64,000 nt of DNA from Bordetella parapertussis (GTDB taxonomy: Bacteria; Pseudomonadota; Gammaproteobacteria; Burkholderiales; SG8-39): assembly GCA_945897475.1 (NCBI GenBank), contig CAMDFL010000001.1, positions 4,842-68,841 of the forward strand. The letters are read 5' to 3'. A program made the position numbers and the translations under genes. Below, piece by piece: positions 16,774 through 26,693 of this stretch; the first letter of the stretch is position 1; each line of letters opens with the position of its first letter. Below the pieces are notes generated by a model. The model did no database searches and had not been told where the DNA came from. It saw only the letters and a list, made by a program, of their open reading frames with translations.

Positions 16774-17613
16774 TCAGGCAAGCAGGGCGCGCGCCTCTTG
16801 GTTGAGCCGACGGATGCTGGCGCCGATGGCATCCGCGCTGGTGCCAGCCGCGATTAACTCGCGCGACACATTGGGAAGAATACGGCCGCGCGCCGGAGCG
16901 AGCCGAACGCGGCAATCCTCCATGCTCGCCCCTTGCGCGCCTATGCCAGGCGACAAAATAAAGGAATGCGGCAATGCGGAGACCACGGGGCCGGCATCGG
17001 TGCAGGTTGCGCCGACGACCGCGCCTATGGGGCCGACCGGGCTCGTGGATAGCAGGCGATTAAATTCAGTGATCTCCGCGCTCATCGACTCCCACACCAT
17101 GCGGCCATCGGCCATGCGCGCCCTCTGCAAGGCTTCGCCTTCGGGGTTGGAGGAGCGCACCACCACGAAAATGGCGCAGCCATGCTTGGCTGCCAGCTCA
17201 AAGGAAGACTTGAGCGCAGCCACGCCCAGATACGGCGAAAGCGTGATCGCGTCGACTCGGATGGGGCTTGCGGGGTCGAAGTAGGCATGCGCATAGGCAT
17301 CGGCGGTGGAGTCGATATCACCGCGCTTCACGTCCAGCAAGAAGGGCAGCTCTTTTTCCCGCGCGTGCGCCGCGAGTTCCTCGATGGCCTTCACACCCGC
17401 GCTGCCAAATCGTTCGAAGAATGCGGACTGCGGTTTGACCACTGCGATCTCGTAATTCGCAGATCGCATAATAAGTTTGCCGAATTCGAGCGCGCCTTCG
17501 GCGGAATCGGGCAAGCCGCATTTGGCCAGCGTAGCTGCGGCGGGGTCGATGCCGGCGCACAATGGACCGTAACGATTCATTCGCTGGGTAACTCGGGTGG
17601 CGAAATCGCTCAT
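16774..17613 (-). CDS. pyrF: Orotidine-5'-phosphate decarboxylase (type 2)
   Basis: 279 aa with 'VVKPQSAFFERFG', 'LLDVKRGDIDSTADAYA' and 'LSPGIGAQG', characteristic of long-form PyrF. Confidence 0.9.
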   Translation of the reverse strand: MSDFATRVTQRMNRYGPLCAGIDPAAATLAKCGLPDSAEGALEFGKLIMRSANYEIAVVKPQSAFFERFGSAGVKAIEELAAHAREKELPFLLDVKRGDIDSTADAYAHAYFDPASPIRVDAITLSPYLGVAALKSSFELAAKHGCAIFVVVRSSNPEGEALQRARMADGRMVWESMSAEITEFNRLLSTSPVGPIGAVVGATCTDAGPVVSALPHSFILSPGIGAQGASMEDCRVRLAPARGRILPNVSRELIAAGTSADAIGASIRRLNQEARALLA

Positions 17614-17626
17614 TGCTAGTCCATGT

Positions 17627-18499
17627 TCAGGTGTGAGTCAAGCGCGTCTCGAAGCCGCTGGAATAAATAACTATCTCGTCGACGGCGCTGATCGCCGGTA
17701 GGTTGCTGCCGGGGGGGCTATAGATAAAACTGCCCTCGTAGATTGTCTGCCCGCCGCACTCACCTTTGCCTGCAAACACCACCCACATGCGATGCACTTG
17801 CGCGCGACCGCCGATGAGCGCGGCGCCTGCTTTGATGCGGATCATTTCAACATCAGGTCCGCCTGCATTGAACCGCGCCAGTGGTTTGGTCATGACGCCC
17901 ACGCCATGGTTCGATTCAAGCCAGGGAAACCTATCCGTATGAAACTGAATCGGCGCGCGAGTGCGCCCCGGCGGATATTGGGCGGGGCCGCCATGCACCT
18001 GTTCTAGGAGTGCCTCGAAACTATCCTGCTTTTTCCCATCTGCCCAGATGAATTGCCCGGTGGCGCGGTCCATTTGTCCGCGTCCTGTTAATTGCTCGCC
18101 CGCCACGGCGCATTCGGCATCGGTGGGAAAACAACCCCAACTGGGGCCTTGTGTCTGGATGGTGCAACTGGCCAGATCCTCGGAGAGCGATTCGGTCGGC
18201 CCGTAGAACACGCCTTCGGGAAAATAGGCAAAATCGCCGCTGCCAAGGCGCATCGGGCCGTATTTGGTCTTGCCTTCGATCACGAAGCGCAACTGATCGA
18301 AAGTGTGGCGGTGCGGCGGCGAGTAGTAATTGTCCTGTTTTCGCCTGCTGTAGCCGCAGCGAAAACGCCGGCCATCGCGCGGGTCCTCGAATTCGGCGGT
18401 GCGAAGCACGGTCTGCCGGTGCGCCGTAACCACTGGTTTGATCTCCAGGACATTGATGATTTCGATGGCGGGGGCGGTCGGGTCGGCAGGTGCGTTCAT
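17627..18499 (-). CDS. Cupin-domain protein
   Basis: Start chosen at ATG 18499, with GAGGA 6 nt upstream. The longer ORF to 18736 runs through a microsatellite. 'PPHRHTFDQLRFVIEG...GDFAYFPEG' is a cupin HxH...E / G..P.G pattern, and a second beta-barrel-like half follows. Confidence 0.7.
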   Translation of the reverse strand: MNAPADPTAPAIEIINVLEIKPVVTAHRQTVLRTAEFEDPRDGRRFRCGYSRRKQDNYYSPPHRHTFDQLRFVIEGKTKYGPMRLGSGDFAYFPEGVFYGPTESLSEDLASCTIQTQGPSWGCFPTDAECAVAGEQLTGRGQMDRATGQFIWADGKKQDSFEALLEQVHGGPAQYPPGRTRAPIQFHTDRFPWLESNHGVGVMTKPLARFNAGGPDVEMIRIKAGAALIGGRAQVHRMWVVFAGKGECGGQTIYEGSFIYSPPGSNLPAISAVDEIVIYSSGFETRLTHT

Positions 18500-18593
18500 G
18501 GCAATCCTCGCGAGGAAGGGATGCTGTAAATTATCACAGAGCAGAGCGCCGCGGCGCCCCAGGTCAATACATATCAGCATTTCATATCGAGCA

Positions 18594-18641
18594 TCGACTT
18601 TGACTGGCACCGACTTCGACTGTCGACTTCGACTTCGACTT
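18594..18641. repeat. Imperfect (CGACTT)n hexanucleotide microsatellite
   Basis: tcgactttgactggcaccgacttcgactgtcgacttcgacttcgactt, in the divergent intergenic region between the cupin gene (start 18499) and the Bug gene (start 18705). Confidence 0.8.
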
Positions 18642-18704
18642 GGAATTTGATCGGCACGAGTGTAGATTGCCGGCCTGCCCCCAGATAGACCAAGGAGAAT
18701 CGAT

Positions 18705-19688
18705 ATGCCGAAACCAATACTAAGCCTGCCATCCATTGCCGTTTTAATGGGGGCAATGATGCCGCTTGCGGCTCTATCGCAGGCCTACCCGGTCAAGCCG
18801 ATCAATCTGTTGAGCGGCGCCTCCGTGGGCAGTGCCGGCGACACCGCTATGCGCGTGGTCGCCGCGCGCATGTCCGAGACCATCGGTCAGCCCATCGTGG
18901 TCGAGGCGCGCCGCGGCGCCGGTGGCATGGAGGCCTATGTGGCGACCGCCAAGGCCGCGCCGACTGGCTACACCTTGATGTTCGCTAATGCGGGCATCGT
19001 GACCAACCAATACCTGCGCAAAGCCTGGCCGCTGGATGTGCTGCGCGATTACACGCCGATAGTGCAGTTGTTCGGCTCGCCCTATTTTTTGGCCGCCGCC
19101 ACCAGTGTGCCGGCGGGCAACATGAAGGAACTCATCGATTATGCCAAGCAGAATCCGGGGAAGCTGAGCTATGCCACCACCGGCATCGGCTCAGGCGCCC
19201 ACCTTCAAGGCGAGGCGATCAACATGGCCGCGGGCACGCAGATGCTGCACGTGCCCTATGCCGGAAACAACTCGACCATGGCGGTCAACGACCTCATCGC
19301 CGGACGCATCGATTTATACCTGGCCGACCTGAACAGTTTTAATCAACACGCCGCGGCAGGAAAACTCAAACTCATTGCCTTCGTCGACAAGACCCGCAGC
19401 CGCCTGCGCCCCGAGGTGGGCACTATTAACGAGGCGCTGCCAAGCGCCTACAACCTGGTGGTGTGGTGGGGCCTTCTCGGGCCGACGGGCCTACCCAGGC
19501 CGATGGTTGATCGTATCAATATCGAGGCTGGCAAAGCCCTGGGCGATGCCTCGCTCACCTCCAAGATGAGTACGCTTACCGTGATGTCACCGAGCGCCAG
19601 CGCGCCCGAAGACTTCGCCCGCCAGATCAAGAGTGACGTGGATAATATCGGCCGCGTGGTCAATACGCTGGGTTTGAAGCCGGAGTGA
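18705..19688 (+). CDS. Bug-family (TctC-like) substrate-binding protein
   Basis: 327 aa with AAGGAG 8 nt upstream. A signal peptide is followed by 'QAYPVKPINLLSGASVGSAGD'. Confidence 0.85.
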   Translation: MPKPILSLPSIAVLMGAMMPLAALSQAYPVKPINLLSGASVGSAGDTAMRVVAARMSETIGQPIVVEARRGAGGMEAYVATAKAAPTGYTLMFANAGIVTNQYLRKAWPLDVLRDYTPIVQLFGSPYFLAAATSVPAGNMKELIDYAKQNPGKLSYATTGIGSGAHLQGEAINMAAGTQMLHVPYAGNNSTMAVNDLIAGRIDLYLADLNSFNQHAAAGKLKLIAFVDKTRSRLRPEVGTINEALPSAYNLVVWWGLLGPTGLPRPMVDRINIEAGKALGDASLTSKMSTLTVMSPSASAPEDFARQIKSDVDNIGRVVNTLGLKPE

Positions 19689-19784
19689 TTTGCCCCCAGG
19701 TGGGAAAAAATATTCAAATTCGGGATTCATTTCTGTCGTTGATTCATGCATTCACATCATTCCATCGATAAATAGTCATTAATT

Positions 19785-21479
19785 ATGCTTACGCAAGAGG
19801 GTGCGGTATCGGGTGAAATTCCCGTGCTTATCGCCGGCGCCGGGCCGGTAGGATTGACGCTTGCCGCAGATCTCGCCTGGCGTGGTGTGGCAAGCGTGAT
19901 TGTCGATCCTCAGGTTCAGGTTCATCCGCACCCGCGCGCTATCTCCATCGGTGTGCGCTCGATGGAGCATTTTCGGCGGCTCGGTCTTGATCAGCATGTA
20001 ATTGACGCCGGCGTGCCGCGCAATCGGCCCCTGGACGTCGTATATGTGACGCGAATGCTCGGGCGCGAGATCTTCCGCTTTCGCTTTCCTTCCATAGCCG
20101 CGCTTGATCACGATAAAGAATCGCTGACGCGGTCGACTCCTGAAATAGCCGCATCGCCGTATTTCAAGACCTGGGTTGCGCAGTCGCCGCTGGAGCGCAT
20201 GCTGCGCGCGCACTTGGCGAAACTTGCGAACGTGCAAATTCGTCTCGGTTGGCGCCTGGCCGGGTTCGATGAGCATGACGGCGGTGTCGTGGCGCGTCTG
20301 ATAGACGGAGCGAACGGCGCCACGCACTCGGTGACAGCTCGCTACCTCGTTGGTTGCGACGGCGCGAACTCGACGGTGCGCGCAGGTCTTGGTATCCGCC
20401 TGGAAGGTCGCGGTACGCTGGGCCAGGCACGCGGCATCCACTTTCGCTCGCCGGCCCTGGATGAGCGTCTCAAAGCAGATCCCGCAGTGATGTATTGGGT
20501 GCTCGCACCGGGTGCGGGGGGAACCATCTACACCATCAATGGCGGCGGAGAATGGGTGTTCAATCGCTACCCGGGTGCAGACGAAACCGCCGACGAGGGC
20601 GACCTTAGTAACGAAGGCGAACTCAACAAAGCAGTTGATCCCGTAAAACTGGTGCAAAGCGCCATTGGCGAGGCACTTGATATCGAGATTCTCTCGGTGC
20701 AGGACTGGCTGCCGCGCCAGTTGGTCGCCGAACGATTTTGCTCCCGGCGCGTGTTTCTTGCCGGAGATGCCTGTCACCTGTTCGTTCCCACAGGAGGCTT
20801 TGGCATGAACACCGGCATTGCGGATGCGGCGGATCTGGCCTGGAAAATCGCGGCGGTAGAAGCGGGTTGGGGAGGTGAAAATCTGCTGGCGAGTTACGAC
20901 AGCGAGCGCCGTCCGGTGGGGCAGTTCAATACGCTGGAGGCGGCAGACAACTACGCTCGAAGCGGCGATTTGTTTAAGGTGCCGGCGAGCATAGAAGCCG
21001 ATGACGCAGAAGGCCAGGACGCTCGCATCGCCGTTGCCGCGAAGCTGCCACCCAAGATCAAACACTTCGCGCCCATCGGCGTGCATTTGGGTTATCGCTA
21101 CGAGGATTCGCCGCTTATCGTGCCCGATGGCACGCCGCTACCGCCGCAGGAGACTGCAAGTTATACGCCTACCACGCGACCCGGCCATCGCGCCCCGCAT
21201 GCGTGGCTTGCCGATGGACGCTCGACGCTCGATCTTTTCGGAGCAGGCTTCGTTCTACTGCGCCTGGGGCGTGCCGCGCCTGGAGGGGGAATCCTGCAAA
21301 GCGCCGCGCGTGAGGCCGGTGTGCCGCTATCGATTTTTGCCATCGATGATGCCGCTATTGCGGCGCTCTATGAGAGGCGATTGGTGCTGGTGCGTCCTGA
21401 CGGACACGTGGCATGGCGTTCAGATACCGAACCCGAGGATGCCGCAGCACTCATTGCGAGGATTACGGGCGGGATGTGA
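19785..21479 (+). CDS. FAD-dependent aromatic-ring hydroxylase (PheA/TfdB/MhpA-like class A flavoprotein monooxygenase)
   Basis: 564 aa. 'VLIAGAGPVGLTLAADLAWRG' is the GxGxxG motif and 'FLAGDACHLFVPTGGFGMNTGIADAADLAWK' is the GD/FAD-ribityl motif. The long C-terminal domain is typical of phenol-hydroxylase-like enzymes. Confidence 0.9.
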   Translation: MLTQEGAVSGEIPVLIAGAGPVGLTLAADLAWRGVASVIVDPQVQVHPHPRAISIGVRSMEHFRRLGLDQHVIDAGVPRNRPLDVVYVTRMLGREIFRFRFPSIAALDHDKESLTRSTPEIAASPYFKTWVAQSPLERMLRAHLAKLANVQIRLGWRLAGFDEHDGGVVARLIDGANGATHSVTARYLVGCDGANSTVRAGLGIRLEGRGTLGQARGIHFRSPALDERLKADPAVMYWVLAPGAGGTIYTINGGGEWVFNRYPGADETADEGDLSNEGELNKAVDPVKLVQSAIGEALDIEILSVQDWLPRQLVAERFCSRRVFLAGDACHLFVPTGGFGMNTGIADAADLAWKIAAVEAGWGGENLLASYDSERRPVGQFNTLEAADNYARSGDLFKVPASIEADDAEGQDARIAVAAKLPPKIKHFAPIGVHLGYRYEDSPLIVPDGTPLPPQETASYTPTTRPGHRAPHAWLADGRSTLDLFGAGFVLLRLGRAAPGGGILQSAAREAGVPLSIFAIDDAAIAALYERRLVLVRPDGHVAWRSDTEPEDAAALIARITGGM

Positions 21480-21563
21480 CCAGGCGATGGCGGCAAATGA
21501 GGTGTTCGTCAATTGCCGCCTGGTCCTTTGGTATGAGGCAGTAACTATCCTATAAATAGGAAC

Positions 21564-21600
21564 GAAATAGTCAAAATCAGTACGTTATTCGGACTATTTC
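21564..21600. terminator. Possible bidirectional stem-loop between convergent genes
   Basis: GAAATAGTC (21564-21572) pairs with GACTATTTC (21592-21600), giving a 9-bp stem and 19-nt loop in an AT-rich gap between the monooxygenase stop (21479) and the FAH stop (21633). The flanking T/A runs are only modest. Confidence 0.3.
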
Positions 21601-21632
21601 TTCAATAATTGTTTCAAATTAATACGATTTAA

Positions 21633-22520
21633 TCAGACGTCCGCGACTACATCCAGTTCCATGCTGCCGATCTTGTCGATGGTGCCGTGAAGCTTGTCGC
21701 CGGGGGCAAGGCGCGACACGCCGGCCGGGGTGCCGGTGGTGATGAGATCGCCGGGGCGCAGGGTCAGGCAGCTGGTCAGGAAACGAATGTGCTGACGCAG
21801 GTTGCAGATCATGTCGCCGGTATGCGCGGTCATTTCTTCTTTGCCGTTTTGCAGAACTTTGATGTTGAGGTCCTGGGGATCGGGGATCTCGTCTTTGGTG
21901 ACGATCCATGGGCCCAGGGCCGAGAAGGAGTCGAAGCCCTTGCGGATATTGCGGGTGTTGTGCTTGCCGATGCCCCAGGGATCGCGCTGGCTGATATCCC
22001 AGCAAATGGTGTAGCCGAAGATGATGTCGTAAGCATTTTCCTCGCTCACATTTTTTGCGCGCGTACCGACCACGGCACACAGCTCGCACTCGAAATCGAC
22101 GTGCTTGGAAACTTTCGGCAGCACGATAGGACCGCCGGGTCCGACGATGGACGATGTGGGTTTCAGGAAGAACTCGGCCATCAGTTCGTCGGGTGTCATG
22201 TCGGTACGCACGTAGCTGCCGACGCGGCCGATCATTTCAGCCTGGTGTGCGCGGTAGTTGGAGGCCGCAGCCCATAAGGAACCTGGATTGGTGATGGGGG
22301 CGAGCAATTTCACCGAAGACAGCGCAACCGATGCACCCGATGAACCTGCCTCGCGCGCAACATTCATGGCGGCCGGGTTGTTGGCCAGAGCGTCGATTAC
22401 CTCCAGCATGGTGTAGCCGGCGCGCACATGATTGGCTTTGACCAGCGCGTCGCCGATGTTATAGACCTTGTCGCCGACCACGGCGCCCGCTTGATTGGCG
22501 TTGTAATGACATATCTTCAT
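21633..22520 (-). CDS. Fumarylacetoacetate hydrolase (FAH) family protein
   Basis: Start chosen at ATG 22520, with AGGAG 6 nt upstream. 'FECELCAVVG', 'GYTICWDISQRD' and 'LRPGDLITTGTPAGV' match the FAH-fold decarboxylase/hydratase/isomerase family. Confidence 0.85.
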   Translation of the reverse strand: MKICHYNANQAGAVVGDKVYNIGDALVKANHVRAGYTMLEVIDALANNPAAMNVAREAGSSGASVALSSVKLLAPITNPGSLWAAASNYRAHQAEMIGRVGSYVRTDMTPDELMAEFFLKPTSSIVGPGGPIVLPKVSKHVDFECELCAVVGTRAKNVSEENAYDIIFGYTICWDISQRDPWGIGKHNTRNIRKGFDSFSALGPWIVTKDEIPDPQDLNIKVLQNGKEEMTAHTGDMICNLRQHIRFLTSCLTLRPGDLITTGTPAGVSRLAPGDKLHGTIDKIGSMELDVVADV

Positions 22521-22866
22521 GCTTGCTCCTGGGATTTTCGGATGGTGAAATTCGGTGGCGATCTTAACCGATAGCGCGACATCCGGAGCGCGCCAGATTG
22601 CGATGTATGCGATCGCGGTAATCAGCCTATCCTTGAACCGTTCCCTGATAGGAGGTGTCCCCGATGCTCGGCTGCGCCCATGCGGCCGGATTCCGCGCGG
22701 CCCCAGAACTGAAGCAGGGACGATAGCCCGGTATTTCTTCGCGCAGGAGGACAAGCCCGACTCATGCCCCGGCAATCGCCTTGGCTAGGGGAGTCTTGCT
22801 CTTTACACGCCAAATCGCTAGCCTTGGCGCTCAATATTATCGATTTCGAATAAGGAGAGAATCAGC

Positions 22867-24171
22867 ATGGCCACAAAGAAGCTCGCCTCCCCTGGCAATC
22901 CCGCGCTTGCCAAGCCGGATATCAAGGATACGAGCGCCAATGCGCACGGCGGCCCCGTCACGCGGCGCTGGATAGAGCAGCGCTGGACTATCGACAATAC
23001 CATCCGCTCGGTCGGCATGGACTGGGACCAGCCGCGCTCAATTTATATTTCTTCGCCGATGGGTGTCGAGGCTAATGCCGACATGGCAGGCATACGACAG
23101 CGCATAAACAAACTCGCCGATGCGGCGCCGGTGTTTGAATCGGTAGCGCGGCGACGTGAGGCGAAGGCGGTTGCCGCCGAGCGCAATGGCGATTTGGTCA
23201 CCGCGCGTGACAATTACTTCATGGCCAGCGTCCACTGGGGTGCGGCGCAATGGCCGATCGACAAGAACGACGCGCAAAACCTGTTCTACAACGCGAAAAA
23301 GCGCGAGTGTTACACGCGCTATGCGAAGCTGGCCGACCACCGCGTCGAAGAGGTCTGGATCAAGGTACCCGGCGGCCGTATTCCCGCATGGTTTCACTTG
23401 CCGCCTGGTTATCGTGGTGGCCGGCTTGCGGTGGTTATTGTCGTTCCGGGCATGGATAGTTATAAGGAGATCAGCGTTGCATTGAATGGCGATCGCTGGC
23501 TCGCGCGCGGCATGGCGGTGCTTGCCATCGACGGGCCGGGTCAGTATGAGAGTGCGGTGGTGGGCGTGCCGGTGACCATGGAGGACTGGATGGCCACGGG
23601 GCGCGCCTGTTTCGATTGGCTCGCGCGCCGGCGCGAAGCAGACCCCACGCGCATCGGTATCAACGGCACCTCTTTTGGTACATTCTTTGCCACCATTGCG
23701 GCGGCTCACGAACCGCGCATCCGCGCCGTGGCGGCAACCTCGGTGTGTCATGAGCCGGGCTTTCATTCGATCTTTGAAGAAGCGTCGCCGACTTTCAAGA
23801 TGCGCTTCATGTACATGTCGGGCTACACCGACGAGGCCGCGTTTGACGAATTCCGCAAGTCACTCACCTGGGAAGGCCACGCGCAAAAGATCCGTGTGCC
23901 CTACCTCTGTCTGACTGGCGAATTCGACGAATTGAGCCCGCTGAAACACACTGAAGCATTGATGCGCGCTGTACGCGGCAAGAAACGCTTGGTGGTCTAT
24001 CAGGAATCGCGCCACTCAGTGGGTAACGTTCCCGCCGCCAATCTCGGCCCTTTCCCGGGGACGCTGGTGGCGGATTGGATGGCCGCAACTTTGAACGGCA
24101 AAACGTTTCAAAGCGAAAAGTGGGTGGTGCAGCCCAACGGTACTATCGTCAAGACGCCTTTCAAATCATAA
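22867..24171 (+). CDS. Alpha/beta-hydrolase (FrsA-like esterase / C-C hydrolase type)
   Basis: 434 aa with AAGGAGAG upstream. The nucleophile elbow is 'GTSFGTFFA' (GxSxG), with 'VVPGMDSYKE' and a late 'ESRHS' as the candidate His. Confidence 0.8.
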   Translation: MATKKLASPGNPALAKPDIKDTSANAHGGPVTRRWIEQRWTIDNTIRSVGMDWDQPRSIYISSPMGVEANADMAGIRQRINKLADAAPVFESVARRREAKAVAAERNGDLVTARDNYFMASVHWGAAQWPIDKNDAQNLFYNAKKRECYTRYAKLADHRVEEVWIKVPGGRIPAWFHLPPGYRGGRLAVVIVVPGMDSYKEISVALNGDRWLARGMAVLAIDGPGQYESAVVGVPVTMEDWMATGRACFDWLARRREADPTRIGINGTSFGTFFATIAAAHEPRIRAVAATSVCHEPGFHSIFEEASPTFKMRFMYMSGYTDEAAFDEFRKSLTWEGHAQKIRVPYLCLTGEFDELSPLKHTEALMRAVRGKKRLVVYQESRHSVGNVPAANLGPFPGTLVADWMAATLNGKTFQSEKWVVQPNGTIVKTPFKS

Positions 24172-24233
24172 ACACGGCGTATTTTGCCGGGCATTTCGCC
24201 ACTGTATCAAGGAGATGGCGGGAGGGGCTGGTC

Positions 24234-24239
24234 TATAAT
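24234..24239 (+). promoter_or_regulatory. -10-like TATAAT upstream of hemA
   Basis: A perfect TATAAT lies 49 nt upstream of the hemA ATG. There is no convincing -35. It sits inside an inverted repeat, GGTCTA(24230-35)...TAGACC(24247-52). Confidence 0.3.
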
Positions 24240-24245
24240 CGCGGC

Positions 24246-24265
24246 TTAGACCGCCCTGATACTTA
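24246..24265 (-). repeat. Single copy of the dispersed AGTATCAGAGCGGTCTAA-family repeat
   Basis: The + strand ttagaccgccctgatactta is the reverse complement of TAAGTATCAGGGCGGTCTAA. It lies in the hemA 5' leader/promoter. Confidence 0.7.
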
Positions 24266-24287
24266 TTAGTCCTAGTCATATTCAGCC

Positions 24288-25607
24288 ATGTCCATGCAGT
24301 TGTTCGCCCTCGGCATGAATCATCAATCCGCGCCGCTCGAATTGCGCGAGCGGGTGGTGTTCGCGGCCGAGCGTTTGCAGGTGGCGCTGGCCGAGTTGGT
24401 GAGAGCGAAGCCTGTAACCGAGGCGGCGATTATCTCCACCTGCAATCGCACCGAGATCTATGGCGCGTCGGGCGATCCTTCGCAGGCGCTGGATTGGATG
24501 GCGGACTACCACGGCGTGTCGACCGAGGAGTTGAAGCCCCATGTCTATGCTTTGCCGCAAGGCGAGGCGGTGAGGCATGCGTTTCGCGTCGCCTCGGGCC
24601 TGGATTCTATGGTGCTGGGTGAGCCGCAGATTCTGGGGCAGATGAAAGACGCGGTGCGCGCCGCGCATTCGGCCGGAACGCTTGGGACCACGCTGAATCG
24701 CCTGTTTCAGCAAAGTTTCTCTGTGGCCAAGGACGTCCGCAGCAACACCCGCATCGGCGCCAATGTGGTGTCGATGGCCGCCGCCGCAGTGAAGCTGTCA
24801 GCGCGGATTTTCGAAAGCCTCGCCGATCAAAAGGTTCTGTTTGTCGGCGCGGGTGAAATGATCGAGTTATGTGCAACGCATTTTTCCGCGCAACAACCGC
24901 GTGCGATGGCTTTCGCCAATCGCACCATGGAGCGCGGCGAATCGCTGGCGCAACGCTTCAATGCGCGCGCCTTGTTGCTGCGCGAGTTGCCCGAGGTGCT
25001 CGCAGACTATGACATCGTGGTGTCGTGTACCGCCTCATCCCTGCCCATCATCGGCAAAGGGATGATGGAGCGCGCCATACGCGCGCGCCGCCATCGTCCG
25101 GTATTCATGGTGGATCTGGCCGTTCCGCGCGATATCGAGCCCGAAGTGGGGACAATGGATGATGTGTTCTTGTATTGCATCGACGATTTGGCGGAATTGG
25201 TGCGAGATGGACTGGATGAGCGCCAGGGTGCGGTGGTTCAGGCCGAAGCGATCATCGAGACGCAGGTGGATTCGTTTCTGCATTGGATGCGTGGCCGCGA
25301 GCGCGTGCCATTGATCAAGCAATTGCGCGATTCGGGAGAACAAGCAAGGCGCGCGGAGCTGGATCGCGCTTTGAAGTCGCTTGCGCGTGGCGATGATCCC
25401 AAGGCGGTGGTGAGTGCGCTCTCCCATGGTCTCACCAATAAACTTCTGCACGCGCCCACGCAAGCATTGAATCAGGGCGATACCTGGAACGACGAATTGA
25501 GGCGCGCGGTCACGCGACTCTACAGATTGGAAGACAGTAATTTGCAACCCGGTGAGTCTAAAGATAGTGTTTCTAGGGACGCTCAATTGAGCGAGGGCGA
25601 CCGATGA
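24288..25607 (+). CDS. hemA: Glutamyl-tRNA reductase
   Basis: 439 aa with '[14 protein letters not shown]', '[10 protein letters not shown]' and 'VGAGEMIEL'. The stop overlaps the prfA start (ATGA). Confidence 0.95.
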   Translation: MSMQLFALGMNHQSAPLELRERVVFAAERLQVALAELVRAKPVTEAAIISTCNRTEIYGASGDPSQALDWMADYHGVSTEELKPHVYALPQGEAVRHAFRVASGLDSMVLGEPQILGQMKDAVRAAHSAGTLGTTLNRLFQQSFSVAKDVRSNTRIGANVVSMAAAAVKLSARIFESLADQKVLFVGAGEMIELCATHFSAQQPRAMAFANRTMERGESLAQRFNARALLLRELPEVLADYDIVVSCTASSLPIIGKGMMERAIRARRHRPVFMVDLAVPRDIEPEVGTMDDVFLYCIDDLAELVRDGLDERQGAVVQAEAIIETQVDSFLHWMRGRERVPLIKQLRDSGEQARRAELDRALKSLARGDDPKAVVSALSHGLTNKLLHAPTQALNQGDTWNDELRRAVTRLYRLEDSNLQPGESKDSVSRDAQLSEGDR

Positions 25608-26686
25608 AAGCGAGTATCGAGGCAAAACTCGATCAGCTTTCGAGGCGCTTGGATGAGCTTGGCGCCATCTTGAGTTCCGAAGGCATCACGCGCGACATGG
25701 ATCAATACCGGCGCTTGACCCGCGAACACTCCGAGCTTGATCCCATCGCCGAAATGTTCCGTCAATACCGCAAAACTCTTGGCGATTCAGCCGACGCCGA
25801 GGCGATGCTGGGCGACGCGGAAATGAAAAGCTATGCCGAAACAGAGATACGCTCGTGCAGGCAACATCTGGTGGAGCTGGAGGAGAATCTGCAGAAGCTG
25901 CTTCTCCCCAAGGACCCCAATGACGATAGAAATATTTTTCTGGAAATTCGTGCTGGTACCGGCGGAGACGAGTCGGGTTTGTTCGCCGGGGATTTGTTCC
26001 GTATGTACGCAAGATTCGCCGAGCGCAATCGCTGGCAGGTGGAAATCGTCTCGGAAAATCAAGGGGAGGTCGGCGGATATAAGGAGGTGATCGCGCGAAT
26101 CAGTGGCCAGGGCGCGTATTCAAAATTGAAATTCGAATCTGGCGGACATCGCGTGCAGCGCGTACCCGACACCGAAACGCAGGGGCGTATTCACACATCG
26201 GCGTGCACCGTTGCGGTGATGCCCGAGGCCGATGAACTGGCCGAGGTGGTATTGAACCCCGCCGATCTCAAAATCGACACATTTCGCGCCTCTGGCGCGG
26301 GCGGGCAGCACATCAACAAAACCGATTCGGCGATCCGTATCACCCACCTGCCCAGCGGCATCGTGGTGGAATGCCAGGACGATCGCTCGCAGCACCGCAA
26401 CCGTGCGCGCGCCATGGCCGTGCTGGCGGCGCGTATCAAGGACGTGCAAACGCGCGCGCAGCAGGCCAAGGAAGCCGCGACTCGCAAGTCGCTGATCGGT
26501 TCGGGGGATCGCTCGGAGCGCATCCGTACCTACAATTTTCCGCAGGGTCGAGTCTCTGACCATCGCATCAATCTCACGCTCTACAAAATCGCCGACATCA
26601 TGGATGGCGATCTGAGCGAGTTGACCGGCGCCCTGGTGGCCGAACATCAGGCCGAGCAACTGGCGCAACTGGCCGAAGTCGTTTGA
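25604..26686 (+). CDS. prfA: Peptide chain release factor 1
   Basis: 360 aa with '[23 protein letters not shown]' (GGQ motif) in the conserved hemA-prfA-prmC context. Confidence 0.95.
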   Translation: MKASIEAKLDQLSRRLDELGAILSSEGITRDMDQYRRLTREHSELDPIAEMFRQYRKTLGDSADAEAMLGDAEMKSYAETEIRSCRQHLVELEENLQKLLLPKDPNDDRNIFLEIRAGTGGDESGLFAGDLFRMYARFAERNRWQVEIVSENQGEVGGYKEVIARISGQGAYSKLKFESGGHRVQRVPDTETQGRIHTSACTVAVMPEADELAEVVLNPADLKIDTFRASGAGGQHINKTDSAIRITHLPSGIVVECQDDRSQHRNRARAMAVLAARIKDVQTRAQQAKEAATRKSLIGSGDRSERIRTYNFPQGRVSDHRINLTLYKIADIMDGDLSELTGALVAEHQAEQLAQLAEVV

Positions 26687-26693
26687 GGGCGGC

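Noticed and set aside
17627-18736. Long N-terminal extensions of several ORFs (17627-18736, 21633-22775, 36471-37499, 43125-44702, 46251-48737, 6782-7960, 13501-14490, 14435-15697, 34422-35744, 54758-55345)
   Set aside because: In each case an internal ATG has a better Shine-Dalgarno sequence or signal peptide, agrees with family N-termini or a paralogue, and avoids overlap with the neighbouring gene. The extensions have non-coding-like composition.
19779-21086. 435-aa ORF on the minus strand
   Set aside because: It is entirely antisense to the well-supported FAD monooxygenase gene (19785-21479). It has no motifs and the Arg/His/Ala/Gly-rich composition typical of shadow ORFs in GC-rich coding DNA.
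22521-22866. Small ORFs (22555-22788, 22622-22834, 22781-22975) in the 345-nt divergent gap
   Set aside because: They overlap one another, have no Shine-Dalgarno sequences or motifs, and the region is better explained as the divergent promoter region for the FAH and hydrolase genes.
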